Source of the DNA: Candidatus Poribacteria bacterium
Lineage (GTDB): Bacteria > Poribacteria > WGA-4E > WGA-3G
Direction: 5' to 3'
Length of the DNA: 64,000 nucleotides
Assembly (NCBI GenBank): GCA_965205015.1
Contig: OZ242029.1
Location: 640,001 to 704,000 of the forward strand
This document shows positions 28,268 through 38,274 of this stretch, in pieces; the stretch's first letter is position 1; the number at the start of each line of letters is the position of its first letter. Below the pieces are notes generated by a model that saw only the letters and a program-made list of their open reading frames with translations, searched no databases and had not been told where the DNA came from. The position numbers and the translations under genes were made by a program.

Positions 28268-31147
28268 TTAAAAATCGTCAGATCGCGACCCTACTGCCAA
28301 ATTCAGGGGCAATAACAGCAATGTTAGGCTAAACAGGAGCGTCCATTGCCATTGCCATTTGAGGGGTACCATTCCAAAAAATTGCGCTATCGGTTCAACA
28401 TAGAGCGTCGCCAAATGGAGTGCTATAATAACAAATGAAATAATGATGAGACGAGAGTTGGCAAGTACCCTTTGAACCAGCGATTCCCATGGATAACGTA
28501 ACGCTTGCCAACATGTAGCCAACTGCGTGAAAATCAGGGTGGTACACGCAGCGGTTCGCGCGATCGCAATATCCATAGCATTTGGATCTCCCATATCCCC
28601 AACGGAAAGGACATCTTTCATTAGCGTTGAAACACCGAGTGTATCGGACAATGCAGGTGAACGCCACAGGATAAAGAAGAAGGGAATAATTGTCATCAGA
28701 CTAATCGTCAGCGCGCGGCAAACGATGTCCAAGCCTGTCGTTTTTGAAAGGAAACGCGATCCCGAAAACAGCGTTGGACGGTGATGCCGGTTTGTATCGT
28801 TAGCATCCGCAAATATCCGTTCTGTGCCTGTAACGAAGGAGGGTAATAGCGTCAGGAGAAATTGGGTCCAAATTATCTGTGTTAACGTCAATGGCATAGG
28901 CATTTTATAGAGATAGTGTAGGACCGTCCCAAAAGCCAGTGTGAGAAGTAGGGAGAGCGTACAAGAAAAGTTCCACTGCAGAAAACTGGCGGCGTTATGG
29001 TAAGCCTCGCGCGCATGAAGCAGCACATCTCTTACCGCTTGAAAACCGCCCTTGTTAATGAGTCCATCGGCTGCGGCTTGTACAACATGTGATGCCTCGG
29101 ATCTATTCGCAAGTGTAATATCCGCAACCGTCATTGCTCGGAGGTCTATCCGACTTTGGCCCAAAAATCCTACTGCATGTCCTTGACGTTTTAAACTCAG
29201 GACGATATTCCGACGCTGATACCACGTTGGTTGCGAATAAGCAATCCACTTTGCTGTTTCACTATCGAGTTGTTCCCGCGAGACACTGTCAAGTTCCTCC
29301 CTTGACACCACTGCTTTTCGGTTATGGATAAGCCCAAGATCTTTTGCAAGATCGACCGTTTCTTGTTCTTCACCTTCAGTGACGAGGATAATTTTAAGCC
29401 CAGTATCAAGACTCGACTTCAGGATCGCCTTCGTCCGTTCATCGTTGTTGGCGGAAAAACTGATAAACCCTAAAAAGATAGGTGTGTATTCCATCTCTTG
29501 GGGTTTCAGAATAACATCAGAGGAATGAAAGGCGACGCCATAAGCCTGTGCTTTCGTACTCATCAGATAGTCTATGATTTCACTATATATTTCGTACCTA
29601 TCGTCCGATAAAGGGGTCGCTTCGCCATTAATGAGTACATAACCGCAAGTGTCAAGCACTGCTCGGGCGTCTCCAAAGATGACATTAAGATAATCCTCTG
29701 GTGCTGACTCAAAGACTTGCATTTGATACGGATAGTTCCGTGTGAAGGGATACGTATTCACCAAAGGAAGCCGAGTCCTCACACTTTCGAGTTGGTAGCC
29801 GAGTTTCTTCACATCCTTTTGAATGGCGATCTGGGGGGACAGTCCCATTTCGGAAGACATAGCTTCTGAAGTTGTCCGTAAGTTGAGGAGGTCGGCTCTG
29901 TCTGTATCCTGCCCATCAGAAGTACCGAGTCCCGCAGTGAACACTAAGTGTGGAGCACCCTGTGGAATTTTTCCGCCGGGTGACATTGACTCAATAGCTT
30001 TTTGTCGCTCTGTAGGGGTAAGCTCCTTGAGAGAATCTAACCAAGCGTTCCATGTTTTGCCATCCACCAATTGTTCATCAACGAAAAGATTTGAAATTGT
30101 TAGGGAGCGTGTCGTGGCAATCCCATTTTCATTGGCAAAAACAGTGGTAACGCGACTTAGTTTTTCAAGGCTACGTGAATTGCGTAGCACAACCCCTTTT
30201 TCCAACAATCTTTGGGCGTGTTTAGAAAAGAATAAACGGATCACTTGAATTACATCTTGCGGGGCAGATGCGACAGCAAATAGCATGCCTAAATGGATGA
30301 GAGATTGCCAATTGGTAGCCCGATTCTGATATTCAAACCACCACGCGATCGCAACGGCCACACCTCCCACAACCAGACCGATAATTTTTATTGTGGTATA
30401 TAAATCTCGTGTCTCACTTTCTGCGCGGGTATTCGCGATGATCGTTGGACGTGGATCCGGACGTTGCTTCCATATCTCCAATTGCCTCCCTGTTTGCACA
30501 ACGATCGCAAGTCCATGCCCTGCTACAACGTATGTCCCGCCGAACGCCATGTTTTTCTGTTTTTGAGGGGGTACAGCACTATCTTGAATATCCACCGCGA
30601 CCTTTTGCACAGGTTCCTCGGTCCCAAAGAGTCCTGATTCGTCAATCATCAGCCCTTCTGATTCAATGATCCTGGCATCAGCAGGTACATAGTCCCCTGC
30701 GCTGAAAGGGAGTAGATCCCCAGGCACGATGTCCTCTGGCGCGCACGCATCTAATTTCCCCTGTCGAATCACCTTGATACTATGTACCATACGCCTATTA
30801 TGGCGGGTATCACGGATGCGAATGCGATGTTCCATCATGTATGCAGACACGGCATGAATAACCAGAACGGCTCCAACAACACTGACTGCCTGAAGCGTAA
30901 CGTCGCTTGTACCGTTGGTCAAGGAAACACTCAGGATACCTGTGGCGACCCCTAAAACAATCACACGCCACGTGAGCAACGATTTAAGAAATGCTACAAA
31001 AGGAAACGCGTTTTCCTCTGGAGACACCTCGTTTTTACCGTGCCGTGCCTTCGCCTTTTGAAAGGCTTCCGCACTTAACCCCTGATCCATGTTGGAGTCG
31101 AATTTATTTAGTATTGATGCAATATTTTCCGCATGAAAATTTGACAT
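28268..31147 (-). CDS. P-type (P2A-like) cation ATPase homologue lacking catalytic motifs
   Basis: GLS..E......G.NE, IVPGD, GDYVPADAR, NMAFGGT.V..G.G..IV..TG, PLT..QI.W and the 10-TM layout are retained; DKTGT, TGES and GDGxND are absent. Confidence 0.85.
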   Translation of the reverse strand: MSNFHAENIASILNKFDSNMDQGLSAEAFQKAKARHGKNEVSPEENAFPFVAFLKSLLTWRVIVLGVATGILSVSLTNGTSDVTLQAVSVVGAVLVIHAVSAYMMEHRIRIRDTRHNRRMVHSIKVIRQGKLDACAPEDIVPGDLLPFSAGDYVPADARIIESEGLMIDESGLFGTEEPVQKVAVDIQDSAVPPQKQKNMAFGGTYVVAGHGLAIVVQTGRQLEIWKQRPDPRPTIIANTRAESETRDLYTTIKIIGLVVGGVAVAIAWWFEYQNRATNWQSLIHLGMLFAVASAPQDVIQVIRLFFSKHAQRLLEKGVVLRNSRSLEKLSRVTTVFANENGIATTRSLTISNLFVDEQLVDGKTWNAWLDSLKELTPTERQKAIESMSPGGKIPQGAPHLVFTAGLGTSDGQDTDRADLLNLRTTSEAMSSEMGLSPQIAIQKDVKKLGYQLESVRTRLPLVNTYPFTRNYPYQMQVFESAPEDYLNVIFGDARAVLDTCGYVLINGEATPLSDDRYEIYSEIIDYLMSTKAQAYGVAFHSSDVILKPQEMEYTPIFLGFISFSANNDERTKAILKSSLDTGLKIILVTEGEEQETVDLAKDLGLIHNRKAVVSREELDSVSREQLDSETAKWIAYSQPTWYQRRNIVLSLKRQGHAVGFLGQSRIDLRAMTVADITLANRSEASHVVQAAADGLINKGGFQAVRDVLLHAREAYHNAASFLQWNFSCTLSLLLTLAFGTVLHYLYKMPMPLTLTQIIWTQFLLTLLPSFVTGTERIFADANDTNRHHRPTLFSGSRFLSKTTGLDIVCRALTISLMTIIPFFFILWRSPALSDTLGVSTLMKDVLSVGDMGDPNAMDIAIARTAACTTLIFTQLATCWQALRYPWESLVQRVLANSRLIIISFVIIALHLATLYVEPIAQFFGMVPLKWQWQWTLLFSLTLLLLPLNLAVGSRSDDF

Positions 31148-31154
31148 GTTTTTA

Positions 31155-31218
31155 CTGGTTATCGGTTATCAGTTACAAGAGGGTGTTGTTAAACGAAAAC
31201 CTCTTAACCAACACCTAT
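31155..31218. repeat. Repeat family A
   Basis: GGTTATCGGTTATCAGTTACAAGAGG...CCTCTTAACC. Confidence 0.75.
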
Positions 31219-31244
31219 TAAGAGCGGTGCCCAGATTTAATCGC

Positions 31245-32162
31245 CTAAAAAACGCTTGCTCCGTGAGCATCCGGCTTCAAAATTTTAATATCGGATGCAA
31301 TCTCGTGCTTTTTAAAGGCAGTTTGCATCTTCTCAGCAACCTGTTCGGTATGCTCCAGACAATAGGCTGCGATAGTTGGTCCTGCTCCACTCAAAGCAAC
31401 GCTAAGGGCGCCAGCGGTGGTAGCGGCTTCTGCGACATCATCAAATCCTGGAATCAGTGAAGTACGATAAGGTTGATGCAACCTATCCTTCATTGCGACA
31501 CGCAACATTTCAAATTGTCTCGTGGCAATACTGGCGATTAGCAGTGTGCTCCGACTTGTATTGTAGATTGCATCTGCAAAACCGACTGATGTCGGTAATA
31601 CCCCGCGTGCTTGTTCCGTTGACAGTGGAAAATCAGGAATCGCCAATACAATCGAAAGGAGGGACGGACATTCTAATCGAACGGTATGAACCTGAGCATC
31701 CTCCTGCGCTGAAACGACGAGTCCACCATACAGTGAGGCGGCGACGTTATCCGGATGCCCTTCCAGTTCTGTTGCAAAATTGAGAAGTTCTTTGTCAGAA
31801 AATGGAGTGCCGCAGAGTGTGTTTGCAGTAAGCAACCCACCAAGAATAGCTGTTCCACTGCCGCCGAGACCACGAATCGCCGGGATCCCATTTTCGATCT
31901 GCAATCTGAAGCCTTTCGGACGTTTCGCGCCGCTGCGATGGAAAACGAGTTCTACCGCTTGAAACGCGACATGCGCCGGCGTACTCGGTATTTTATCGGC
32001 ATCTACACCGCTTACAATCACCTCAGTGCCGGTTTCAGAAGGTTCTAACGTAACGGTACTATAGAGTTGGAGAGCAAGCCCTAACACGTCGAATCCGGGT
32101 CCCAGATTCGTCGTGCTTGCCGGAATCCGCGCGGTAACTTTTCGGTTAAAAGTAGGAGGCAT
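31245..32162 (-). CDS. thrB: Homoserine kinase
   Basis: PASTTNLGPGFD, RGLGGS, EGHPDN, LHQPYR, LSGAGPT. Confidence 0.95.
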   Translation of the reverse strand: MPPTFNRKVTARIPASTTNLGPGFDVLGLALQLYSTVTLEPSETGTEVIVSGVDADKIPSTPAHVAFQAVELVFHRSGAKRPKGFRLQIENGIPAIRGLGGSGTAILGGLLTANTLCGTPFSDKELLNFATELEGHPDNVAASLYGGLVVSAQEDAQVHTVRLECPSLLSIVLAIPDFPLSTEQARGVLPTSVGFADAIYNTSRSTLLIASIATRQFEMLRVAMKDRLHQPYRTSLIPGFDDVAEAATTAGALSVALSGAGPTIAAYCLEHTEQVAEKMQTAFKKHEIASDIKILKPDAHGASVF

Positions 32163-32272
32163 TTTTAATTATACCTTGCGGAGGAACACCGGACGTTTCG
32201 AGTTTGACGTGCGTTCCTCATATCCGCCTGCGTGTTTTTGCTTGGGTATTTCTGCGTATTGTTGCAGGCTAC
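32163..32272 (-). repeat. Repeat family B abutting the thrB start codon
   Basis: GTAGCCTGCAAC...GCAGGCGGATATGAGGAACGCACGTCAAACTCGAAACGTCCGG...CCGCAAGGTATAATTAAAA-ATG. Confidence 0.85.
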
Positions 32273-32351
32273 GGTTTTTCAGTCTACAGTTTTCAGTGCG
32301 CTACGCTTTCAGTTTTGGGTTAACTGAAATCTCTTGTAACTGATAACTATT
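32273..32351. repeat. Repeat family A
   Basis: (TTTTCAG)n ... AACTGATAACTAT. Confidence 0.65.
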
Positions 32352-32353
32352 CG

Positions 32354-33526
32354 CTACAACTTTGAGATCGCAGTTTCCATTCTGCCCAACGCCTCTTGTA
32401 TATTATCTAATGAGTTGGCATACGAAAGACGAAGGTAACCATCACCATATTTGCCGAAAGAGGTACCAGGCAATAGGGCAACATCTGCTGCCTCCATGAG
32501 ATAATCGGCGAGTGCTTCACATGAAAGAGGCAGTTGCGTAACGTTGGGAAACACATAGAAGGCACCGAGCGGTTTGATACAACTGATCCCTTCAATGGCA
32601 TTCAGTCCATCTACAATTGCGTCACGTCGTTTCTGAAATTCTGAAACCATCTGAGTAACAGAGGCTTGCTGTCCTGTCAGCGCCTCCATCCCCGCGAGTT
32701 GTGTGAAGGTGGCAGTACAGGAATTGGAATTAATAGTTAACTGCGTGATTTTATCAGCGATTGCTTGAGGTGCAATACCGTACCCCAATCGCCATCCTGT
32801 CATTGCGTAAGTTTTAGAATGCCCTTCGATTAGAATTGTACGTTCCTTCATGCCGGGCAGACTGAGAACACTGTGGTGTTCACCTTCATAGAGAATGCGT
32901 GAATAGACCTCGTCTGTCAACACATAAAAATTATGTTTCTGCGCGAGTTCCGCGATTGCTTGAAGGTCTCCAAGGGTTAGCGTGCCACCTGTAGGATTTT
33001 GAGGTGAGTTGAGAATCAGTAGTTTCGTTCGATCAGAGATCGCAGCTTCAAGATCGTCAAGCCGGAATCGGAAATCTACCTCCTCACGAAGGGGTAGCGG
33101 TACCGCTTTTCCGCCGATGAAGTCGATAACAGATTCGTAGACGGGAAAACCCGGTTCGGGATAGATGACCTCATCATCATCATCGATTAACGCTAAAATA
33201 GTGAAGAAAATAATGGGTTTCGCTCCCGGTGTCACCGTAACTTCGTCAGGGTGTATGGTAACCCCACGCGTTTCGGTTATATGGTGTGCGACAACCTCAC
33301 GAAACTCCGGCACCCCAGCAGATGGGCAGTAGCCAGTATGCCCATCCTTCATTGCTTTGTACGCTGCCTCAATAATATTAATCGGTGTTGGAAAATCTGG
33401 CTGTCCTATTTCCAGATGGATAATGTCTTTGCCTTGCGCCTCTAACTGTTTGGCTTTAGCTAAGACTTCAAATGCAGATTCCGTTCCTAATCGACTCATC
33501 CGCGTTGCGAATGTGGATACTTCCAA
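32354..33526 (-). CDS. PLP-dependent class I/II (aspartate-type) aminotransferase
   Basis: GQPDF, NSPQNPTG, DEVY, SKTYAMTGWRLG, GAFY. Confidence 0.93.
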   Translation of the reverse strand: MEVSTFATRMSRLGTESAFEVLAKAKQLEAQGKDIIHLEIGQPDFPTPINIIEAAYKAMKDGHTGYCPSAGVPEFREVVAHHITETRGVTIHPDEVTVTPGAKPIIFFTILALIDDDDEVIYPEPGFPVYESVIDFIGGKAVPLPLREEVDFRFRLDDLEAAISDRTKLLILNSPQNPTGGTLTLGDLQAIAELAQKHNFYVLTDEVYSRILYEGEHHSVLSLPGMKERTILIEGHSKTYAMTGWRLGYGIAPQAIADKITQLTINSNSCTATFTQLAGMEALTGQQASVTQMVSEFQKRRDAIVDGLNAIEGISCIKPLGAFYVFPNVTQLPLSCEALADYLMEAADVALLPGTSFGKYGDGYLRLSYANSLDNIQEALGRMETAISKL

Positions 33527-33542
33527 AATTATACCTCCGCGT

Positions 33543-33660
33543 ATTGGCTATCGGCTGCCGGCTATCGGAACCATCGGAGACCACCGGTAAAGAGGTTTTC
33601 GTTTAACAATACCCTCTTACCGACTGCTGATGGCTGATAGCCATTCTTGCTGACGGCTAT
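33543..33660. repeat. Repeat family A
   Basis: GGCTATCGGCTGCCGGCTATCGG...AAGAGG...CCTCTTACCGACTGCTGATGGCTGATAGCC...GACGGCTAT. Confidence 0.8.
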
Positions 33661-34700
33661 TCTGCTTGCATGATCGCTCCGGTGGAACTCGCTACCCACA
33701 CGTTTTTTCCGTCAAGCACAAAAACTTTGACTAATTTTTCCTTGGAACCTTCAAGTTCCCAGGTTGCGCCACCATCACTGGTACGTAGGATGGCACCAAC
33801 GCCAAAGTCACCCCCAACAGCCCAACCGTTCTTCTCATCTGCGAACCCAACACTTCGTAGTGTCTCCTCTGTGCCACTGTCTTGGGGTTTCCATGATTCG
33901 CCGCCATCAGTGGTATGAAGAATTACACCATTTTCACCAACAGCCCAGCCCATTGACGCATCAAGGAAAAAGATATCTTCAAGGATATCCTCTCTGTTGG
34001 TCGCCTGCGTGACCCACGTCTGTGCGCCGTCCGTTGTTTTCTGAATCAAGGCATGTTGACCTTGCGTACTCGGACTCACGCGGACTCCGGCAACCCATCC
34101 CGTCTGTTCGTCAAGAAATTGAATGGCGTTGTACATATTTGCGTCATCATCGCCAACCGCACCGAGTTGTCCACCTTGAAGAACCTTCCATGAACGCCCA
34201 GCATTTTTGGTAGAAAGGATGGTGTCACTTTCTCCTACTGCGTACCCGACCTCTTTATTGACAAAATAGATACCTTTAAGTCCGTTGCCAACCTTGCTGG
34301 TTTGCATTTCCCAGTCTCTACCGTTATCCGTACCGACTATCGTACCGTTTGCGCCGACAGCCCAACCGTGTTTATCATCGAGGAAGTACACTTCTGCTAA
34401 ATCGGCAGGGATTTTGATTTCCGATTTTTGCCACGATTTACCACCATCCATGGTATATCCGATGAAACCTGGATTCTCAAAGTCTTCAAAGGATGCGGCA
34501 CCGACTACCCAACCAGTACTCTTGCCCGTAAAAGCGATTGACATATAATCTCGAACTTCTGGATCGCGTTCCTGTAAAACGTTCCAATTTCCTAACGCCG
34601 GTAGAACGGTCCCCAAAATACTGAGGGTCGCGAGTAGCATTATTCCCGTCAGTAGGCGTGACTCAAGCCTGTTCATTGTTATCGTATCTCCTTTTTTCAT
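33657..34700 (-). CDS. YCF48/BNR-repeat beta-propeller exported protein
   Basis: Signal peptide; repeated F.D...GWAVG..G.IL.T.DGG..W. Confidence 0.9.
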   Translation of the reverse strand: MKKGDTITMNRLESRLLTGIMLLATLSILGTVLPALGNWNVLQERDPEVRDYMSIAFTGKSTGWVVGAASFEDFENPGFIGYTMDGGKSWQKSEIKIPADLAEVYFLDDKHGWAVGANGTIVGTDNGRDWEMQTSKVGNGLKGIYFVNKEVGYAVGESDTILSTKNAGRSWKVLQGGQLGAVGDDDANMYNAIQFLDEQTGWVAGVRVSPSTQGQHALIQKTTDGAQTWVTQATNREDILEDIFFLDASMGWAVGENGVILHTTDGGESWKPQDSGTEETLRSVGFADEKNGWAVGGDFGVGAILRTSDGGATWELEGSKEKLVKVFVLDGKNVWVASSTGAIMQAE

Positions 34701-34770
34701 TGGTTTTCAGTTTTCAGTTAAGAGACTTTTGTTTAGCAAAACTTTCTTGTAACTGTTAACTGATAACTAT
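34699..34770. repeat. Repeat family A
   Basis: GGTTTTCAGTTTTCAGTTAAGAG...AACTGTTAACTGATAACTAT. Confidence 0.7.
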
Positions 34771-34913
34771 TTAACCCCGAATTAAAAATTAAGTCAATAA
34801 ATTTCTCCCAAGCACCCAAGCGACAGGAACGTTGAAAGCAATACGGATTCTACCCAGCAAAAATTAAAACGCCATATCTTTGCGAGGATGCGTTTTAATG
34901 CTATGTAGATCCC

Positions 34914-36302
34914 CTACTTTGCCACAATTAAAGTCCCAGTCTTAAAACTCTCTCCCACTTGAAGTTGGTAGACGTAAATGCCGCTTTCCACGATTTCACC
35001 GGATTCGTCGTGTCCATCCCAAATCAACTCCGTTTCACCCGGTAATGCCGTCAAAGTCTTAACGAGCATTCCGTCAATGTCAAAGATCAACACCGTGAAT
35101 TCACCCGATGTTTCTTCAAGGGCGCGCGCGGGAAAGACAACCCGATTGAAATCCTCGTCTGGAGAAAGCGGTGTAAAAGGATTCGGATAGGGTTTGTCAA
35201 AAATACGAAGCCTTTTTTCTGCAGGGATGGATTCGTTATTTGCCTCGTCAATGGCGATGACAGCATACGTAAAGCTGCCTATAGGTAGTGAGCGGTCATC
35301 AATAAATTTATATTCTGTTTTTAACTCATTGATTTCTGCAAGCGTAGTAAGTCCCTCCGCAATTCGGTAGGCGATTACATCACGACTGACGCTCGGTTTC
35401 CACAAAATTTCGACACCATCGCTTGATGGAGTGATGCTAAGCATTGTCGGTGGCTCTGGGGCAGCAGTATCCGGTGATACATTTACCGTTTGTATCGATG
35501 AGCGTTCCGACTGCAAGTAAAGCGTTTTGTAAGCGGTAATCTGATAGGTATGGTTTCCTGGAGGAACGTTTATATCGCGAAACGTCGTCGACGAACGGTT
35601 TTCGACCTGAATCGTAGAATCGTCCTTGTCTCTGTAGATGAGATAACCGTTGACATCTGAATCCGTTGATTTCTGCCAACGGAGGGTTACATCGTTTTCT
35701 CCAGTTTCATCGGCTTCAGCAGTGAAACCAGTCACCGGGTCAGGCGGCACATTCGGAATAACCTGTAAAGTAAAATCGTCGTTGTTGAGTTTTCCGTCTG
35801 CCTGCCCTGGTCGGATGAATTCACCGATGGGACCGTCTTGAAGATTGCGAAGACGGGCTCTGAAAACCGCCTCTGGAATCAGTGTATTCGGTGTCTGACA
35901 CTCAAAGGTAATTTCATAGAGCGAGTTCTGAAAATCAACGATAGCATCCGCGAGTTCAACGCGCAGAACACTTCCACCTGAGACGACAGCCCTTGCGACG
36001 ATTTGGTTGCCATCCCGTGAAATACCCCTGAAAAAAGAGGATTGGGTCAGAAATCCCCGTGGCATCGTGATTTCAATCGTTTTAATTTCTTCACCCGGCT
36101 CCGCCAGGGACCGGTCAATTACAAGCGTCACGAGCAATGGCACGGTTGAACTCGCAGGAACGACGCCTTCTTTTTGTCCTACGACGTTAATCTCTCCAAC
36201 AGAGGTAACCGCTCCATAACCCTTAGCGGAAACCAAGAGCAGACTCCCGATAAATATTAAAACAATGGATGTGTTTTTCATTTTTGACCAGTGATTTTCC
36301 AT
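34914..36302 (-). CDS. Exported fibronectin-III protein with a C-terminal FlgD-Ig/T9SS-CTD-like domain
   Basis: Signal peptide; two FN3-like repeats; YPNPFTP...WDGHDESG..V.SGIYVY...GTLIVAK. Confidence 0.8.
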   Translation of the reverse strand: MENHWSKMKNTSIVLIFIGSLLLVSAKGYGAVTSVGEINVVGQKEGVVPASSTVPLLVTLVIDRSLAEPGEEIKTIEITMPRGFLTQSSFFRGISRDGNQIVARAVVSGGSVLRVELADAIVDFQNSLYEITFECQTPNTLIPEAVFRARLRNLQDGPIGEFIRPGQADGKLNNDDFTLQVIPNVPPDPVTGFTAEADETGENDVTLRWQKSTDSDVNGYLIYRDKDDSTIQVENRSSTTFRDINVPPGNHTYQITAYKTLYLQSERSSIQTVNVSPDTAAPEPPTMLSITPSSDGVEILWKPSVSRDVIAYRIAEGLTTLAEINELKTEYKFIDDRSLPIGSFTYAVIAIDEANNESIPAEKRLRIFDKPYPNPFTPLSPDEDFNRVVFPARALEETSGEFTVLIFDIDGMLVKTLTALPGETELIWDGHDESGEIVESGIYVYQLQVGESFKTGTLIVAK

Positions 36303-36393
36303 GATGAAATTTTTGCCTTCTTATATCGGATAGCAGGGCAATCCTGCAATCAGGTAAATCACAGTTCAGACCTCTGCCGACTGCCGATAATGC

Positions 36394-37341
36394 TTAAAGC
36401 AAAAGATTAAGAGAGAACCGTTGTGTTGTATTGTCTCGGAAATCCCCACTTAGCAGTTGAAACCCATAATCGATCTGGAGGGCAGTACCACTGATTGGAA
36501 GTTTAGCACTTCCACCGAAACTCAGAGTCGTTGCCGAACTGCTCCCACTTTTCACACCATAACCGCCGCGAACAGCAATGGATTTATTCAACCAGACTTC
36601 CATTCCTGTGCGTATATAAATTTCGCCATTGCGAGAAGCAACTTCAAAACTCCCGAGACTGCCTCTCAACAAGTTGCTGACTGCCGCACCTTGCGCGCTT
36701 ATCTCCGCGATAGACGCGAGTCTGTACGCCAAACCAGCCCGAATGTTTAACGGCACAGGATCTGTTTGGGTGTCAGATATACTCATATTTGCGGGGAGCA
36801 GATTCTCTACCGATGCGCCAAGACTCAAACTCTGGACAGGTTTGGCAATGACGCCGAGATCAAAAGAAACGGCTGAACTGGAGGTTTTGACGAAATATGG
36901 ATTCTCTGCGACGAATTCGTTTGTCGCGTCAAAAGAGGTCCGGAAGAGTTTCAGATTTGCTCCAATTGCGAATTGCTCGAAAAGCGCATTTCCGTAGGAG
37001 AGACGCACCGTCTGTTCATGATAAACTTCAGAGTCTTCCGCCAAGTCCCCGACACCCGCCCCAATCGCCCCCATTCTTCCGAGCGGAATAACGCCACTGA
37101 GGGCATTATAGGTAATGAGCCCCCTAAAGCGTTGTGCGTGCGTAGCACCGAGATGGATCCCATCCATATAACCTAATCCTGCGGCATTGTAATCTGCGGC
37201 GTTGTTATCATCGGCGAGCGCGACGAACGCTCCACCCAAACCTAACGGCCGCGCGCCAACCCCAATATTATTGAATGTAGCAGCGGCGACAGCAGGTAAA
37301 AGCAACACGATGAGTAGAATCAGACAGAATATATGTTTCAA
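36394..37341 (-). CDS. PorV/UPF0164-like outer-membrane beta-barrel protein
   Basis: GVGARPLGLGGAFVALADD..A..YNAAGL plug motif followed by amphipathic strands. Confidence 0.82.
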   Translation of the reverse strand: MKHIFCLILLIVLLLPAVAAATFNNIGVGARPLGLGGAFVALADDNNAADYNAAGLGYMDGIHLGATHAQRFRGLITYNALSGVIPLGRMGAIGAGVGDLAEDSEVYHEQTVRLSYGNALFEQFAIGANLKLFRTSFDATNEFVAENPYFVKTSSSAVSFDLGVIAKPVQSLSLGASVENLLPANMSISDTQTDPVPLNIRAGLAYRLASIAEISAQGAAVSNLLRGSLGSFEVASRNGEIYIRTGMEVWLNKSIAVRGGYGVKSGSSSATTLSFGGSAKLPISGTALQIDYGFQLLSGDFRDNTTQRFSLNLLL

Positions 37342-37430
37342 TTTTCTAATTTTCCTTGCGGATAAGTTATAGCGTTTGTGAATTTAACGGCTTTCGTGTT
37401 CGAGTCGCACTCCATTTCATTAGGTGCTGC
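37342..37430 (-). repeat. Repeat family B abutting the TTG start of the PorV-like gene
   Basis: GCAGCACCTAATGAAATGGAGTGCG...CCGCAAGGAAAATTAGAAAA-TTG. Confidence 0.75.
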
Positions 37431-37486
37431 TGAATGCTGATCGCTGATAACCGATGCCTCCGAAAACCGATATCTTGATAACAGAT

Positions 37487-38149
37487 TTAATTCAATCTAC
37501 CCGTCATCGGTACAAAACGGACAGGGATAATCTCAGTGGTTTCGAGAGATTGTACGGAATTCTCATCGGTTTGAAGTCCTTTTCGAATTAAAAGGAGATT
37601 TTGTTCAGAACCACCGACGGGGATCACCATCCTACCGCCTGGTTTGAGCTGCTGAATGAGCCATTCTGGCACGTTCGGAGGCGCTGCCGCGACAAGCACA
37701 GCATCATAAGGGGCGTGTTCTTGCCAACCATAATACCCATCCCCTTTTTTCAGATAAATGTTCCGATAGTTGAGTGCCTCTAACCGCGCTTTCGCACTTT
37801 CGAGAAGTCCGGATATAATTTCAACAGAATAAACATCTCTCGCCAATTCTGCCAGTACCGCTGTTTGATAGCCACACCCCGTTCCGATCTCAAGTACTTT
37901 TGAAGTTGAGGTGAGCTCGAGCAAATCCGTCATCAACGCGACGATATAGGGTTGCGAGATCGTTTGGTCACAATCAATCGGTAACGCCCCATCCTGATAT
38001 GCGACATTCAGATACTGCGGTTTTACAAACAGGTGCCGCTCCACCTTCCGCATAACAGCAAGCACTTGCGGATTGTGGATACCACGCGCTTCAATCTGAT
38101 TCCGAACCATTTTGCGACGGAGTGCCGCGTAGTTCTTGGCGAAAAGCAT
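37487..38149 (-). CDS. pcm: Protein-L-isoaspartate O-methyltransferase
   Basis: QTISQPY, VLEIGTGCGYQ, APYD, QLKPGG, VRFVPM. Confidence 0.95.
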   Translation of the reverse strand: MLFAKNYAALRRKMVRNQIEARGIHNPQVLAVMRKVERHLFVKPQYLNVAYQDGALPIDCDQTISQPYIVALMTDLLELTSTSKVLEIGTGCGYQTAVLAELARDVYSVEIISGLLESAKARLEALNYRNIYLKKGDGYYGWQEHAPYDAVLVAAAPPNVPEWLIQQLKPGGRMVIPVGGSEQNLLLIRKGLQTDENSVQSLETTEIIPVRFVPMTGRLN

Positions 38150-38156
38150 CTTTTTA

Positions 38157-38274
38157 GTAGCGGTCAGTCGTCAGTACGGATTTTTTCAAAAATCCTTTCA
38201 GTTTTCGTAAGGGTTGGGTTACCCAACCCTTACAGAGATGTTCGTTTAACTGATAACTGATAACTGACAACTAT
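38157..38274. repeat. Composite family A element enclosing a perfect GTAA palindrome (38207-38233)
   Basis: GTAAGGGTTGGGT-T-ACCCAACCCTTAC between heptamer arms; contains the sppA stop codon. Confidence 0.8.

Noticed and set aside
28268-31147. P-type ATPase as a pseudogene
   Set aside because: No frameshift or stop across 959 codons and structural motifs are retained; kept as a pseudoenzyme candidate
33657-34700. Photosystem II assembly function for the YCF48-like gene
   Set aside because: Generic BNR propeller; no photosynthesis genes in the window
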